Below, piece by piece: positions 1 to 11,661 of a DNA stretch of 64,000 nt (its first letter is position 1; the number at the start of each line of letters is the position of its first letter). The notes under the pieces were generated by a model, which did no database searches, was not told where the DNA came from, and saw nothing but the letters and a program-made list of their open reading frames with translations. This DNA is from Tetramitus jugosus. Its lineage: Eukaryota; Protista; Heterolobosea. The stretch spans positions 124,001 to 188,000 of the forward strand of contig OW569381.1 of the NCBI GenBank assembly GCA_937625935.1. The letters are read 5' to 3'. The translations under genes were made by a program, and so were the position numbers.

Positions 1-270
1 TTGTTGTTGTTGTTGTTCAAAAGCTGATGATGATGATGATGTAGAAGATGATACTGTCATGTTTCGATAAAATTGTTGAGTTTGTTGTTGCAAAAGCTCG
101 AATTGTTGTCGAAGGAATTGTTGTTGAAGAAGGAGTTGTTGTTGTTGTTTGAGCAGTGCTTCTTGTTGTTGCTCCCAACTTTGTTCATGTGCTTGCATGG
201 GATGATTGTTTTGTTGTTGTTCGTGTGGTTGAGTTGAAGGAGGTGGAACAGAATACATTGGAGGGAACAT
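1..270 (-). CDS. 5' part of a Gln/Ser-rich protein of unknown function (runs off the left edge)
   Basis: ATG at 270 opens MFPPMYSVPPPSTQPHEQQQ... with no stop to position 1. CAA-rich poly-Q resembles other genes here. This is a different frame from track ORF 57..365. Confidence 0.55.
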   Translation of the reverse strand, partial: MFPPMYSVPPPSTQPHEQQQNNHPMQAHEQSWEQQQEALLKQQQQLLLQQQFLRQQFELLQQQTQQFYRNMTVSSSTSSSSSAFEQQQQQ

Positions 271-394
271 GTTGTTGTTGGTGAGGATATTCTTTTTGAT
301 TGGTTTTTCAATGTAAGTTTGGCCACCAAGAACTTTTGAAGAATTGTTGCGCATGACAGGGTCAAATCGAATCAATTGTTTGGTTTACGCATTG

Positions 395-2608
395 TTAGTG
401 CGTGCAGTGAACCAAGCACTTTTTGTTGAAATCGTACAGCCTGGAGTAATAGAAATGTTTGTCACCAGATCCAGCAGATGCTTGGGATGATGTGTTATCT
501 TCACCAAACTTCCATTGAAGGTAGTCATCGTAGGTCATCACGTGCACCTTCTCAACAATGTTCCTCACATCAATACGCTCTAATTCGTTCGTTGAATAGA
601 GTTCATCTTCCCCGAATGGCTCTTGAGCCTGACGGTTAGACAAAATAATATCCCTTGACTGTGGATGCAGGAACTGTTTGACTTCAATCAAGCACTCACC
701 CTTGTCTTCGATCACAGAATGGATCTGACCAATGAATTCACCTTTTGTTCCCGGTTTCCGATACAAGACGCCTTCTTTCACTTCGTAGTTCACGCTACTT
801 ATCGTAACAGATGAATAGTATTCCAAACCATTGGATGTTGATTTACCTAACGAACCAAACAACAACCACGGTTTTCGGGCACTTCGTTTGTTCTCATTTT
901 TTGTTGTTCCTGTTGTTGTGCGGCTCAGAGCTGATTGAGCAGTTGATTCGGATGAAGTGCTTGCTTGTTGTGCGACATACTCTTCACCATCAGATTCAGA
1001 TACAGTTGATTGCTGAGAGTCTGCCTGAGCCAACTCGGTTGCAAACTTCAAATCAGCTTCCAGTTGCTCCTGCTCTCTTCTCCGTCGATCTTCAATGAAA
1101 GCATCATGGGAGTTGATGACACGGGCGGGCAATGATGGATTTGTCAATAGAAAACCCAGTCGATTGGTATCAATCAACGGTGTATCATCACGTGCAACGA
1201 GCTCATTGATTGCATCCTCAGACATGTGCCGCATCAGAAACGCACGTTGCTTTCTAATCTTTTTCTGCAATTGTTCATTTGATCGCTTTAAAATTTTCAA
1301 ATCCTGTTGCAACGATCTCCCATTCTGAACAATAGAATTCTTCCAGAATGAGAACAGAAATGATTGATACTGAGAACGGAGAAATATAGATTGAAGGCCA
1401 GTTTCGTTTGACGCATAAGGAGTCAATTCGTTCGGGCTATGGTTACATTGATGGCGACTATACTTTTTGTTCAAATTGATAAATGTTTCACAATTTTCCA
1501 AGAATGCAGTATGGAGTGTGTTTTGCATCTCGACACGAATCTCTGGCGTAATCAATGGCTGATGATTCACAGTGCACATGACACTAATCGCTTCCAATGA
1601 TTGTCGATCGCCATTGTCATTCACTCCGGCAGCACAAGTAGCACCTTGATCCATCACATTGCTACCTGTTTGCCGCGTTCGAAAACAGTTAAAATAAAAC
1701 GAATGCTTATCACTACTGTTACTACTCGTACTCTCATCATAATACGCCGAACAAATAATTCCAAGTGCATACGGTGCTTGCATTTGCATTTCATGTTGCA
1801 TATTCAAGTCTTTCACACTGGGGAATGGAGGTATGCGCGGATGAGAGTGATACCATCCCACAAAAATCAATCCCTTTTCTGAAAAATTGTTCTGAGCCTT
1901 GACAACTTCGTTTCCGTCACACTCTACACCATCAATAGCCATATTGTTCACATCTCTCACACTGGCACAATAATGTTTAATGTGAACAATGTTGTGTTCA
2001 GAATCATATGATCCACCCAACAATCCCAACACTTCATTCTTATCGTCTGAATACACGTGATCCACAATACCACACAACACATTCTGATCCACAATCGTTC
2101 TGTACGCTTCTCTCGGGACAAACTCCGCAGCCGTAGAGCTGTTCGGAGTTGTCGGACTCGGAGAAATATTTGTTTCAAAATCGTGAAACATGGAGCAGAG
2201 GGTGTTATCCTTGTGAAAATCACCTTTGGACTGGCGATTATGATCCGTCTTGTTAGTGTCACTTTGAGCCGAGTTACCACTACCACTACCACTACTCGAG
2301 GATGATGCAGTGGGACCGAATGAGCTCTGGTAGAGGGCCAATTGTAATTGTTCATCTTCGTCGTCGACGAGATTGATCACTGGTTGATTGGCCGAAGAAG
2401 TCTCATGTTGCTTAAATCGTTTGTTGCTATTGTTGTTGTTGTTGTTTTGATGACTATTTTTATTGTTGTTGGTTTTTTGTTGTTGTTGATTCAATGAAGC
2501 ACCCGTGGTTGAGGCCGAAGAAGTGGAATCGGTGGTGGTTGGTGGGTGACTGTCGGACTGCGATCTTTGGCGCTTTTTGTCGTGCACAGCCGTTGAGATC
2601 TCTTTCAT
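395..2608 (-). CDS. MPN+/JAMM metallo-deubiquitinase-like protein with UIM-like motifs and a C-terminal BAH-like domain
   Basis: JAMM motif EVLGLL...GWYHSHPRIPPFPSVKD; UIM-like DEDEQLQLALYQS and EQLEADLKFATEL; BAH-like C-terminus (FIGQIHSV...EDELYSTNE...IVEKVHV...FYYSRLYD). Confidence 0.8.
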   Translation of the reverse strand: MKEISTAVHDKKRQRSQSDSHPPTTTDSTSSASTTGASLNQQQQKTNNNKNSHQNNNNNNSNKRFKQHETSSANQPVINLVDDEDEQLQLALYQSSFGPTASSSSSGSGSGNSAQSDTNKTDHNRQSKGDFHKDNTLCSMFHDFETNISPSPTTPNSSTAAEFVPREAYRTIVDQNVLCGIVDHVYSDDKNEVLGLLGGSYDSEHNIVHIKHYCASVRDVNNMAIDGVECDGNEVVKAQNNFSEKGLIFVGWYHSHPRIPPFPSVKDLNMQHEMQMQAPYALGIICSAYYDESTSSNSSDKHSFYFNCFRTRQTGSNVMDQGATCAAGVNDNGDRQSLEAISVMCTVNHQPLITPEIRVEMQNTLHTAFLENCETFINLNKKYSRHQCNHSPNELTPYASNETGLQSIFLRSQYQSFLFSFWKNSIVQNGRSLQQDLKILKRSNEQLQKKIRKQRAFLMRHMSEDAINELVARDDTPLIDTNRLGFLLTNPSLPARVINSHDAFIEDRRRREQEQLEADLKFATELAQADSQQSTVSESDGEEYVAQQASTSSESTAQSALSRTTTGTTKNENKRSARKPWLLFGSLGKSTSNGLEYYSSVTISSVNYEVKEGVLYRKPGTKGEFIGQIHSVIEDKGECLIEVKQFLHPQSRDIILSNRQAQEPFGEDELYSTNELERIDVRNIVEKVHVMTYDDYLQWKFGEDNTSSQASAGSGDKHFYYSRLYDFNKKCLVHCTH

Positions 2609-2822
2609 TTTTTCTCCTTGAAAGTTTTGTTTGTGTTGAACAACAAAGAAAACGAACTTTCGACCAATTCTCCGTTACAAAAATTCGAGAAGGTTCAAGA
2701 TGTGATCGCGCCAAAAATTGTACCAACGGCCTATTCAAGAAAACACTCGCTAAAAAACAAAGACAAACGTCCATTCACAAAAACCAAATCACACACATAG
2801 ACAACATATATCGTTAGAGAGT

Positions 2823-5800
2823 ATGAAGGTAGCAATCAACGAAAAAACTTTCTCTCAACGATTCACAAAGATCATTGAGCACTACAAGAAGGAAAAGGTA
2901 TGTTGTATAACTAGTTTTCACTGTCTGATCGTAGCTACGATCCTATTCCTATCCAAAATGGCGGTTGGTGACTAACACTTTTTTTTCAACTATCATCATG
3001 AACAACAGTACAACTTGTGGAGAAGTGTCTCATGTCTCGAGATACCCATTGGCAAAGTCAGTGAAGAAGAAGATGAGAGCAGCAACTTGCTCTGCTCTTC
3101 CATTGGTGAATGGTTGTTGGGATACGAGTTTATTGATACACTGCTAGTGATTGATTTTACTCCAAACAATGAACAAATCATTTTCCTCACCAGTAGCAAG
3201 AAGGTGACTTATTTGAATGATCTGAAGGCAAATATGAAGAATGTTGAACCACAAGCCGGATCATCTTCAGTCCTACCAAAGAATATTGAAGTTTTGGATC
3301 GTAAGAACACTTCTTTGGAAGATGTGTTGTCCAAATTGAAGAAGATGGGAAAGAAGGTTGGTGTTGTCGAGAGTGAAAAGAAGAAGCACTTGGGCAAGTT
3401 TGTCAAGGAGTGGTATACTGCATTTGATAAGGAAGTGAGTGCTGCCGATAAATCGATTGAGCAAGTCGATGTAGAGAATGCTTTGCATGATATTTTGAGT
3501 ATTAAGAGTCAACAGGAGTTGGGCTACGTTACGGATTCATCAAAAATTGTGTCACGTGCTCTAGAGAAGATCTTTAAGCAGAAAATGGAGACTATTATTG
3601 ATGAGGACAAGCAAATCACTCATGCTAAATTGGCTTCTTCAGTCGAAGAGGCAATTGTGGGTATGAAACTGAAGAAGAAGAATGAGCAGGATGATGTGGA
3701 GATTGAAAGTCCATTTATGCCTGTGATTCAATCCGGTGGTCGCTACGACCTCAAAATTCACGCTGCCAACGACACTAACAATTTGCACTGTGGTACAATC
3801 TGCTGTATATTAGGCGCCAAATTCAAAGCATACTGCTCTACCATTGCTAGAACATATATGATTGATGCCTCGAAACAACAAATGACCAACTATCAACTCT
3901 TGTTGGAGATTTATAAGATGGTGATTCGTAAGTTGAAGCCTGGTGTGGAACTGAGCAGAATATACGAGAGTGCTCTGGATATTATTAGAAAGAAGAATCC
4001 TGCTTTGGAAAAGCACTTTTTACCAAGTGTTGGCTATGGAATTGGATTGGCACCTCAGGACGACTACATGTCCATTGGGCCCGACAATCGATTGGTTGCT
4101 GAGAAGGGAATGTCATTTGTTGTCTTTGTTGGCTTCCAGGACGTGGATGAAACAGCTCACAACAAGATTACCGATGAGAAGAGAAAGAAGTATTCTCTTG
4201 TGATTGGTGATACAGTCATTTTGCCTCTTAACGAAGTGAATGCCAAGGTCTTGACCACTGGTGACTTGGATTATGATGACGTGTCATACTCTCTTGAAGA
4301 TGAACACGAGGAGAAGCCGGCCAAGTCCAAGAAACCTGTCATCAACATTGAGGAGACAGAAGGTCCTACAAGCAGAACCAGAGACAGAAAAACTGTTCAA
4401 GCCAATGGTGAAGATGAGAGACGGAGAAAGCTGGACGAATTGATCAAGAGAAAGAGTGAGGAGTCTAGAAACCAGAAGAGTACAGGCAAGGGAAAGAGCA
4501 AGGACAAAGAGAGTTATTCCATCGACGCAAAGCTCGCCAAGGGAGATATTTTCTCATACAAATCTCCTTTGGATTATCCTACTGCCAAGCATAACAAGAT
4601 CTTGGTGGACAAGAAGAGAGACACTGTGCTTTTGCCAATCAACGGTACTCACATTCCATTCCATATTGCAACAATTAAGAATGTTGCAAAGACAGATGAA
4701 GCCGACTGCATGCACTTGAGAATTAACTTTAAGAATTCAAAGGCCAATTTTGGAAAGCCTTATGCGCCAGCAAAGATGTTCCCAGAAACATTCTTTATCA
4801 AGGAATTGTCATATAGATCAAAGGACCCAAGAAACCTAACCCTTGTCATGAGAGACATTCTCGACTTGAGAAAGAAGATATCTGATAAGGAGAAGGACAT
4901 CAACGAGAACCGCAAAGAGTTCCAGAAGGGTGATCTCGTTCTGACAAAGGGTGTTCGCCCTCCAAAACTTATCGATCTGTACATGAGACCAGGTAAGAAG
5001 GCCGTAGGTACTCTTGAGGCCCACGAAAACGGTCTTCGATTCGTGGCCCATAAGGGAGAGCGTGTCGATATCCTGTACGGAAACATCAAGAATGCCTTCT
5101 TCCAGGCCGCACAAAAGGACTTGATTGTGTTAATTCACTTCCATCTCCACAGTCCAATCATGATTGGTAAGAAGGCTCAGTATGATATTCAATTCTATAC
5201 CGATGTCACTGAAGAGTTTGATCACTTGGTTGGAAAGTATCGTAGAACGACAACCGACAGTGAATCTATTGAAGAAGAATATCGTGAACGTCAATTGAAG
5301 AAGAAGTTGAATGATGAGTTTGCTGCATTTGCAAAGAAGGTTGAAGAAAAGTCAAACATGGAATTCGATATTCCTTATCGTGACTTGGAATTTACTGGTA
5401 CTCCATTCAGATCCAACGTCAATCTCGTACCAACAGTTAACTGCTTGGTCAGTTTAACTGAAGCTCCATTCTTTGTTCTTACTTTGGACGAAGTTGAAAT
5501 GGTTGTCTTTGAAAGAATTTCATTCGGTCTGAAGAACTTTGACATGGTGTTCGTCATGAAGGATTACTCGAAACCTGTTGCTACCATCAACTGTATTCCA
5601 ACCGATAAGCTCGAAACATTGAAGGATTGGCTGCTTCAAGTCGATATTGTTTACTTTGAGAGTAAGATTAATCTTGTTTGGAGCAAGATTATAAAGATTA
5701 TGAAGGCTGATCCAGAGTGGAACCCTTGGGGTGAAGGAGGTTGGAGCCAGTATCTGGGCAACACAGATGACGTGGATGATGATGATGAACCACAAGAGGA

Positions 5801-6128
5801 AGATTATCAACCTGAGAGTGCATCTGAGGGCGAAGATTACAGCAGTGACGAATATGAGAGTGACGATTTCTCGGATGAATATGAATCTGAGTATGAGAGT
5901 GATGAATCTGAGGAAGAGGGTGAAGATTGGGACACTCTGCTAAAGAAGGCTCATGCATCTGATGAGAAGAAGAGAGACAGAGAAGAATTCTCGGATGATG
6001 AAGACCAACCAAAGAGCAAGAGACCTAGAAACGGTCCTGCCCCTACCAGAGGAGCTCCAGGAAGACAAACCAGGTTGCCATCCAATCCATCTGCAAGACC
6101 TCGTCCAGGCGCTAACCAACGAAGATAA
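2823..6128 (+). CDS. SPT16: FACT complex subunit Spt16; exons 2823-2897 and 3009-6128
   Basis: Motifs WLLGYEF, PVIQSGGRYDLK, LPINGTHIPFHIATIKN, GTLEAHENGLRF, FDIPYRDLEF and an acidic tail. A phase-0 intron (GTATGT...AACAG, 2898-3008) joins MKVAINEKTFSQRF... in frame. Confidence 0.96.
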
Positions 6129-6319
6129 ACACTATTTAATATGTAACCTTCATGTTGTTCACAGAGATTGTTACCTCTGTTCCTTCTATTGCATTTTGTT
6201 GGAAAGTTCCTTCTTGCTGTACTTGAAGCTCTCATTGTGGTAGAACCGACAATAAAGCTCCGCCAAACACAAACCAGAAAAAAAAACAAAATCGATCGTT
6301 CACAACAACAAACACAACA

Positions 6320-7012
6320 ATGTTACTGCACAACCAGGAAGTCAGAGACATATCATCTCTCCAACTGCTCACACAAGCACCCAGCAAATCCTTTGTCGAT
6401 CAGGTATTTCTCCGCGTTTTTCATTGCCGCCTAGACGGTTTTAGCGCCACTTTTATTCAATCCGTAGCACAAGAGCTTTTCAAACAACAACAACAACAGC
6501 AGCAAGAACAAGAACAACAAGATGCATCCAAAAACATGATAACCATTGAACAACAAAAACAAGTGCATGAAATGCTAGAATGTGCATTGTTTCTCATTCA
6601 ATTGGACCTCTTTCACAATGCTCACTCGCTGGAAAGCATGGAAGAAATGGCAAAGGTGATTTTTTCACCCAAGCGTGTCAAGAACATGAACCACGTGCCG
6701 TTGATGAAACTCATTGTCGGTGTAATTAAAAAGTATGGTCCACTGTGGAGAAGAATGACATCGGAGAGTCTCATTGGCCTACCCAAGCTTCAAGAAATGA
6801 AATGGAGAATTGATATGAAGGCAGCCTCCAATAGCATTGATTCTCTCAATGCTCCAACTGTGGTGGTCGATTTGGATATTCTGGATCAAGTCATGGATGC
6901 ACAGGCCATGCCAGAGAATCGAACAGTTCAGTTTGAGCTCAATCGTGAGACGTTGGAGATTATGCTTGGTGGATTAACCAAGATTCGTGATCAATTGTCA
7001 TCTGTAAAGTAA
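6320..7012 (+). CDS. COMMD9: COMM domain protein, COMMD9-like
   Basis: C-terminal COMM domain LPKLQEMKWRIDMKAASNSI...VQFELNRETLEIMLGGLTKIRDQLSSV, typical of COMMD9. Confidence 0.8.
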   Translation: MLLHNQEVRDISSLQLLTQAPSKSFVDQVFLRVFHCRLDGFSATFIQSVAQELFKQQQQQQQEQEQQDASKNMITIEQQKQVHEMLECALFLIQLDLFHNAHSLESMEEMAKVIFSPKRVKNMNHVPLMKLIVGVIKKYGPLWRRMTSESLIGLPKLQEMKWRIDMKAASNSIDSLNAPTVVVDLDILDQVMDAQAMPENRTVQFELNRETLEIMLGGLTKIRDQLSSVK

Positions 7013-7197
7013 ATTTTTGTTTTCTAAATTGGGTTTTACAATGAGTGAGGTGAATACAATCGGGAGAGGAGAAATAAAAGAAAAAAGAGACCGTTACTCC
7101 CAGAGGGCGCCAAAGAAAGAGACGAAAATTGGAACGAGCAACATCAAACCTTTCCAACAAACATAGGCCTTATTACCACACGACACACACATTACAA

Positions 7198-8559
7198 ATG
7201 ACAAGTGTCCCCTCTTTTGATCAGTTGCAATGGTCCACTCCACAACTGCACTATATTGCTTCTCTGTTACAAGAATTGAACGCTGCCAGACAATGCATTG
7301 CTGTTCTGAACAAATCCCACGAACATTTGCTGCACTTGCTGCAACAAAAGAACAATGTGGCATCTTCCATGGCCGCACAGTCCAAACTATTGTCAAGCAT
7401 GTTTCAACAAATGAATCTCTCAGAGAACAACACAACAATAACGACGACTAACGACGACGATGAATATGAACAAATTTACTTTGACAATAGCCCAGAAGAT
7501 GAGGAAGATGAACTCACGGAGAAAACTCACGTGGATGAGGAAGATGAGGAAGATGAGGAAGAAGAAGAAGAATATGTCTTGCCATTTGATGGACAGAGCG
7601 CCACGGATGACAATAGTGATTCTGCCATGTCACCACTCAATCTTCACAATAAGGAAAAGCACTTTAAGAGAAGAGTGAGAAGAGTTCAAATTGTACCAAA
7701 GTCAAATTGTGATGAACAGCAACAAGAACAAGCACTGCTGTTGAGTGAGTCATCTGAAATTCCAGGATTAGAGCTGCCAGAACAAACACCACAAGAGATG
7801 GTTTTTGAAGCGAAAACACCTATTATTTCAAGAAAACTGCGAGCAAAGCGAAGAAGAATGGTGACACCTAGTCCTGCCAAGCTAGTGAACGAAGCTGGGG
7901 AATCACCTGTACAGCAACCATCCACAGCTATAAAAGCAGTGCAAAAGAAGATGAAGCACGACAATGTTGATTTGTGTCTTGTTCCACTCCATGAATCAGT
8001 GATACTGAACCTGACAAGTGACTTTAGTGTCCAAGTGAATAAGCCAACAGAATCCAGAAGATTTGGCTGCTATCCTCACAACATACCACTATCCATTCAA
8101 ATGTTCAACGATGCACAATGGCAATCCAATGTTTTCTTTGGTTGTGACGAAGAATCGTTTGATCCTGAGAAGAACATGTCATTCCAGTCCACAATGTTCA
8201 AAGAGATGTTGCTAGATGAATGGGATACATTTGATTACTTGAAAGATAATGAAGATGCGTGTGTCATTGGTATTGGCACTGACATTATCGTGACGCACTT
8301 GGATCCTGTCAAGCATCGAGATATATCGAACTTTGATGTGTGGATCATTAGACCATCTCTGGATCAACGATTGGATGGTCCATTCTATATTGCCGATATC
8401 GTTCGAAACATGTATACATCGGAGGAGAACGCAAATGACGAGACAGACGTGGAGCACTTATTCATGGACAGTTCCTTACAACCTACTCCTTTCTCTGGCT
8501 TGGATCAAGATGAAATAGAGAAAATTGATGCCTTGCTCGGTGACTACGATGACCTATGA
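7198..8559 (+). CDS. Hypothetical protein (N-terminal coiled coil, acidic tract, basic NLS-like patches)
   Basis: Long ORF with first ATG at 7198. No family recognised. Confidence 0.7.
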   Translation: MTSVPSFDQLQWSTPQLHYIASLLQELNAARQCIAVLNKSHEHLLHLLQQKNNVASSMAAQSKLLSSMFQQMNLSENNTTITTTNDDDEYEQIYFDNSPEDEEDELTEKTHVDEEDEEDEEEEEEYVLPFDGQSATDDNSDSAMSPLNLHNKEKHFKRRVRRVQIVPKSNCDEQQQEQALLLSESSEIPGLELPEQTPQEMVFEAKTPIISRKLRAKRRRMVTPSPAKLVNEAGESPVQQPSTAIKAVQKKMKHDNVDLCLVPLHESVILNLTSDFSVQVNKPTESRRFGCYPHNIPLSIQMFNDAQWQSNVFFGCDEESFDPEKNMSFQSTMFKEMLLDEWDTFDYLKDNEDACVIGIGTDIIVTHLDPVKHRDISNFDVWIIRPSLDQRLDGPFYIADIVRNMYTSEENANDETDVEHLFMDSSLQPTPFSGLDQDEIEKIDALLGDYDDL

Positions 8560-8699
8560 ATGGATCCGAACAAAATTAACAACATGAACATGTCTTAATA
8601 TCAGCTGTGCTCTGTTCAGGAAACAAAGACCTGCCTAAAACATTCAAATGTTAATATCCTATAAAATAAATAAACCTATTTATTTAACTTGTACTGTCA

Positions 8700-9899
8700 T
8701 CACGAAGCATCGAATACATTTGCACTCGAAGTTCCGGCAGCACGTTTACAGTGAGTAATTGGTGTGTTGCACTCTGGACAATATGCTGATTCCATATCAC
8801 CCACATTCCTATAAATACAGTAATAGCAGAATACGTGACCACATGGATCACACACATAGGGCACTTGAATCGGATCCAACTTGCACAATGGGCACACAGT
8901 ATTGCCCAACACAGTACAGGCAACATCTCTGCTATTGTCCTTCCATCTCTTGAGCACTTGTTGTTTTTGTTGTTTTGCTTGTTCCTGTTGTTGTTTGTGA
9001 ACATCATGGCTTGCCACACTGCTCTTTGTACCCTTGTTCGCCCTGCTATAGCGATAAAGAAGTCTCGACCACAAGTGCTTCCATTTCTGGAACTGTATCA
9101 GTGGAATGAGAAAGAGAATCATTTCGGCAAAGCCGTTCCACACAAGCTCACGATTCATATAATCAAAGCTCACTTGCCGATTCATCAACTTTGATGAATA
9201 CACTAACCTCATGCCACACAACCTGTCAACAATACTCCTATACTTGCCTCTATTGAGAAAGAGAACAAAGTTGACAAGAGACAAAAGCTTATAGAACATT
9301 TCAGCAGTTTGCATGTGTTTCCACGTGAAATACTTTAGCTTTGAAACCATAAGCTTCAACCTTGACCGTTGTGATGAGATTTCATCATTATTTGTATCCA
9401 CTTGATTATTGTAAACATTGTGCATTTCTCCGCCCCAATTGTAATCCACTGTGATCCGATTGAGCCTTTGAAACAAATAGGGAAGTCCAATGCTCAAAAA
9501 TGCATGAGCCCACTTTTTTTGGCGCGAAACTTTGTGACCTGTCGTGCTGCACACATACTTTACATTCTGTATGCGATCACCAAACGACTGATCATTCTCC
9601 ATGATGGAAAAACGATAGATGCAGAATTGAAGAAGGGCTTGAAGCTCTGGTTGATATCGCTCGATAAATGATGGATCAAAAAATTGAAACATGCGCTTAA
9701 AGTATGAATTGAGTCCTATTGTGATCTCATAGTCCAATCGTTGTGCGTCTAGTTGATTTACGCGAAGAATCTGGAGGTGTGGTGAGAGAGAAGTAGATGT
9801 AGAGGATGGATCATTGGAAGATGGACTTGTTGATGTGGGTTGTTGTTGTTTGATCTGATGATAGGTGTTCAGCCATGTTGGCGTGTTTTGGTTTCGCAT
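8700..9899 (-). CDS. PEX2: Peroxin-2 RING E3 ligase
   Basis: LRVNQLDAQRLD, GKYRSIVDRL, RQVSFDYMNRELVWNGFAE and C-terminal C3HC4 RING (CPLC...CGHVFCYYC...CPEC). First ATG is at 9899. Confidence 0.93.
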   Translation of the reverse strand: MRNQNTPTWLNTYHQIKQQQPTSTSPSSNDPSSTSTSLSPHLQILRVNQLDAQRLDYEITIGLNSYFKRMFQFFDPSFIERYQPELQALLQFCIYRFSIMENDQSFGDRIQNVKYVCSTTGHKVSRQKKWAHAFLSIGLPYLFQRLNRITVDYNWGGEMHNVYNNQVDTNNDEISSQRSRLKLMVSKLKYFTWKHMQTAEMFYKLLSLVNFVLFLNRGKYRSIVDRLCGMRLVYSSKLMNRQVSFDYMNRELVWNGFAEMILFLIPLIQFQKWKHLWSRLLYRYSRANKGTKSSVASHDVHKQQQEQAKQQKQQVLKRWKDNSRDVACTVLGNTVCPLCKLDPIQVPYVCDPCGHVFCYYCIYRNVGDMESAYCPECNTPITHCKRAAGTSSANVFDAS

Positions 9900-10000
9900 C
9901 TGATGTTTTTGTGTTCGTTCCGCGCGTCGGAATAATGGCAAAATTGGGATATGTCTAATAATAGATATTTATTCCTTTCGGAAGGAATGCCAGTATCCCT

Positions 10001-10073
10001 CCTCTGATAGCTCAGATGGTAGAGCATGAGACTGTAGATCTTGTGGTCGCGTGTTCGAGTCACGCTCGGAGGA
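10001..10073 (+). tRNA. tRNA-Tyr (GTA), intronless
   Basis: Acceptor CCTCTGA/TCGGAGG+A, D arm GCTC-AGATGGTA-GAGC, anticodon loop CT-GTA-GA, T arm GCGTG-TTCGAGT-CACGC; TTTT Pol III terminator at 10077-10080. Confidence 0.95.
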
Positions 10074-10366
10074 ACCTTTTGGCTTTTCTTCTTAAGCCTT
10101 CCGGCGAGCAAGTCGATCAGAGTGTTACAGCCAATATGCAACAATTACATAGCTGTGACTTATATTGTTTCAATTCAAAAATATTTATTTCATGTTTGAT
10201 CGAGACAGAAACTGCACATGCAATAGACAGCCAACCATCAAATCATTCACTCACAAATTTGTTTTTCATTAATCGCTCATCATAGATCGTTATAATACAG
10301 CACAAGTTGGTTGATTCTTTGTTGCTTCAAAGAGTCAATGTGATTGGAGAGAGGAGATGCATGTGT

Positions 10367-10906
10367 TTAACCTCTAATGAATCTTCCATAAAAGTGCAAC
10401 AAGATGACAACGAAAATGAACACCAAACTTCCAACCAAGACAGTCATTGGGCCACTGCAACAAACAACAAACAACGAGAAAAAAAAGGTCAGTTTTTTGT
10501 TTTTTCAACAAGTCAAATCACATGATGACGCAACAACAAGATCAATCGAGAGAGAAAATAAAAAATGAGATGATGACACATACACCTTGATTCCAGGGGT
10601 ATCACTGTCGCCAAAGTAAGTCTTCATGATACCTGAATCACCAGTGGACATGGTGACTCTTTGTTGTTGTGGCTTTGCAGATGTTCTGTACGAGTGATCA
10701 TGATGACACGAGTGAAAAGAATCATTTCATTGTGAGAATTATTATTGATCCACGATAAACGTTTGAAATTTTTTCAATCGACAACAACACAGAGAAAGTG
10801 AAAAATTGACAATGTCGTTTTTTGTGGTTAGCTTTCAAGTTGTATTGACGAGATCATTTGGGAGAAAAAAAAGGAGGTGATGATGATCAAATTACCTTTG
10901 TCTCAT
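10367..10906 (-). CDS. SEC61B: Sec61 translocon subunit beta; exons 10906-10896, 10685-10584, 10454-10367 (66 aa)
   Basis: Hand-spliced at canonical GT-AG introns: MRQRTSAKPQQQRVTMSTGDSGIMKTYFGDSDTPGIKVGPMTVLVGSLVFIFVVILLHFYGRFIRG*. It has the PGxKVGP motif and a tail anchor with LH. Absent from the ORF track. Confidence 0.9.
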
Positions 10907-11661
10907 TTTTCACTTGTGTTGGTCAATGTTGATTGATAATTTTTCTTTCTTGGTGATGAATGTGTGAGGCGGAATTGGAGGCAACAATTTTTGGTGTTTG
11001 TGGATGACGTGGGCAAAGTTTTCAGATCGGATTAACTTCATTGAACATTCATTGAATCGATGGTTAAGAAACACGAACTGAACTCAAGTTTCCTTCAGGT
11101 CACTTTCTTTCTCGTAATTTTGGGTAGAGTGCTCGACAACGCTTCCACTATCTGATGGCAACATCTACAGATCTGCACCATGCAGTAGTTGACTTCAACA
11201 GTCAGGATCGGTATTGAGACATGCACTTTTGAAGTTCGAGTTCATATCTGGGGAAAATTATGCTCCAAATTGCTGAGAATCCCTCTGTATTCCAGCAAGC
11301 GGGAATTTCACCAGTTAAAAAACCCCTTCTTTGTAATACTCGGCAAATTTTGTTCGCATAATCCTCCAGGGAGAATTTGGATTTGGTGTCGTAGCAAGTT
11401 CAAATCAGAGGTGTTTTTCCACGTTAACGAATAACACGAAAATCATCCAACCAAAACAACAACTTTTTCCAAACCCACTCTCCACCAACAAACAACAACA
11501 ACTACTCTCTCTTGGAGTTCTGACTTGTGTTTTTTTTTGAACAACTACCACTCGACCAAAAAAAAGCAAACACTTTTCTCCAATTTACCAGCAGCTGTTT
11601 TTCACACACCCCATCGCCCAAACCAACAAAACAAAGCGAACAACAACAATAACAAAAAAAA

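Noticed and set aside
10570-10640. Possible C/D-box snoRNA (TGATGA...CTGA)
   Set aside because: Explained by Sec61beta exon 2 and its intron on the minus strand; no terminal stem.
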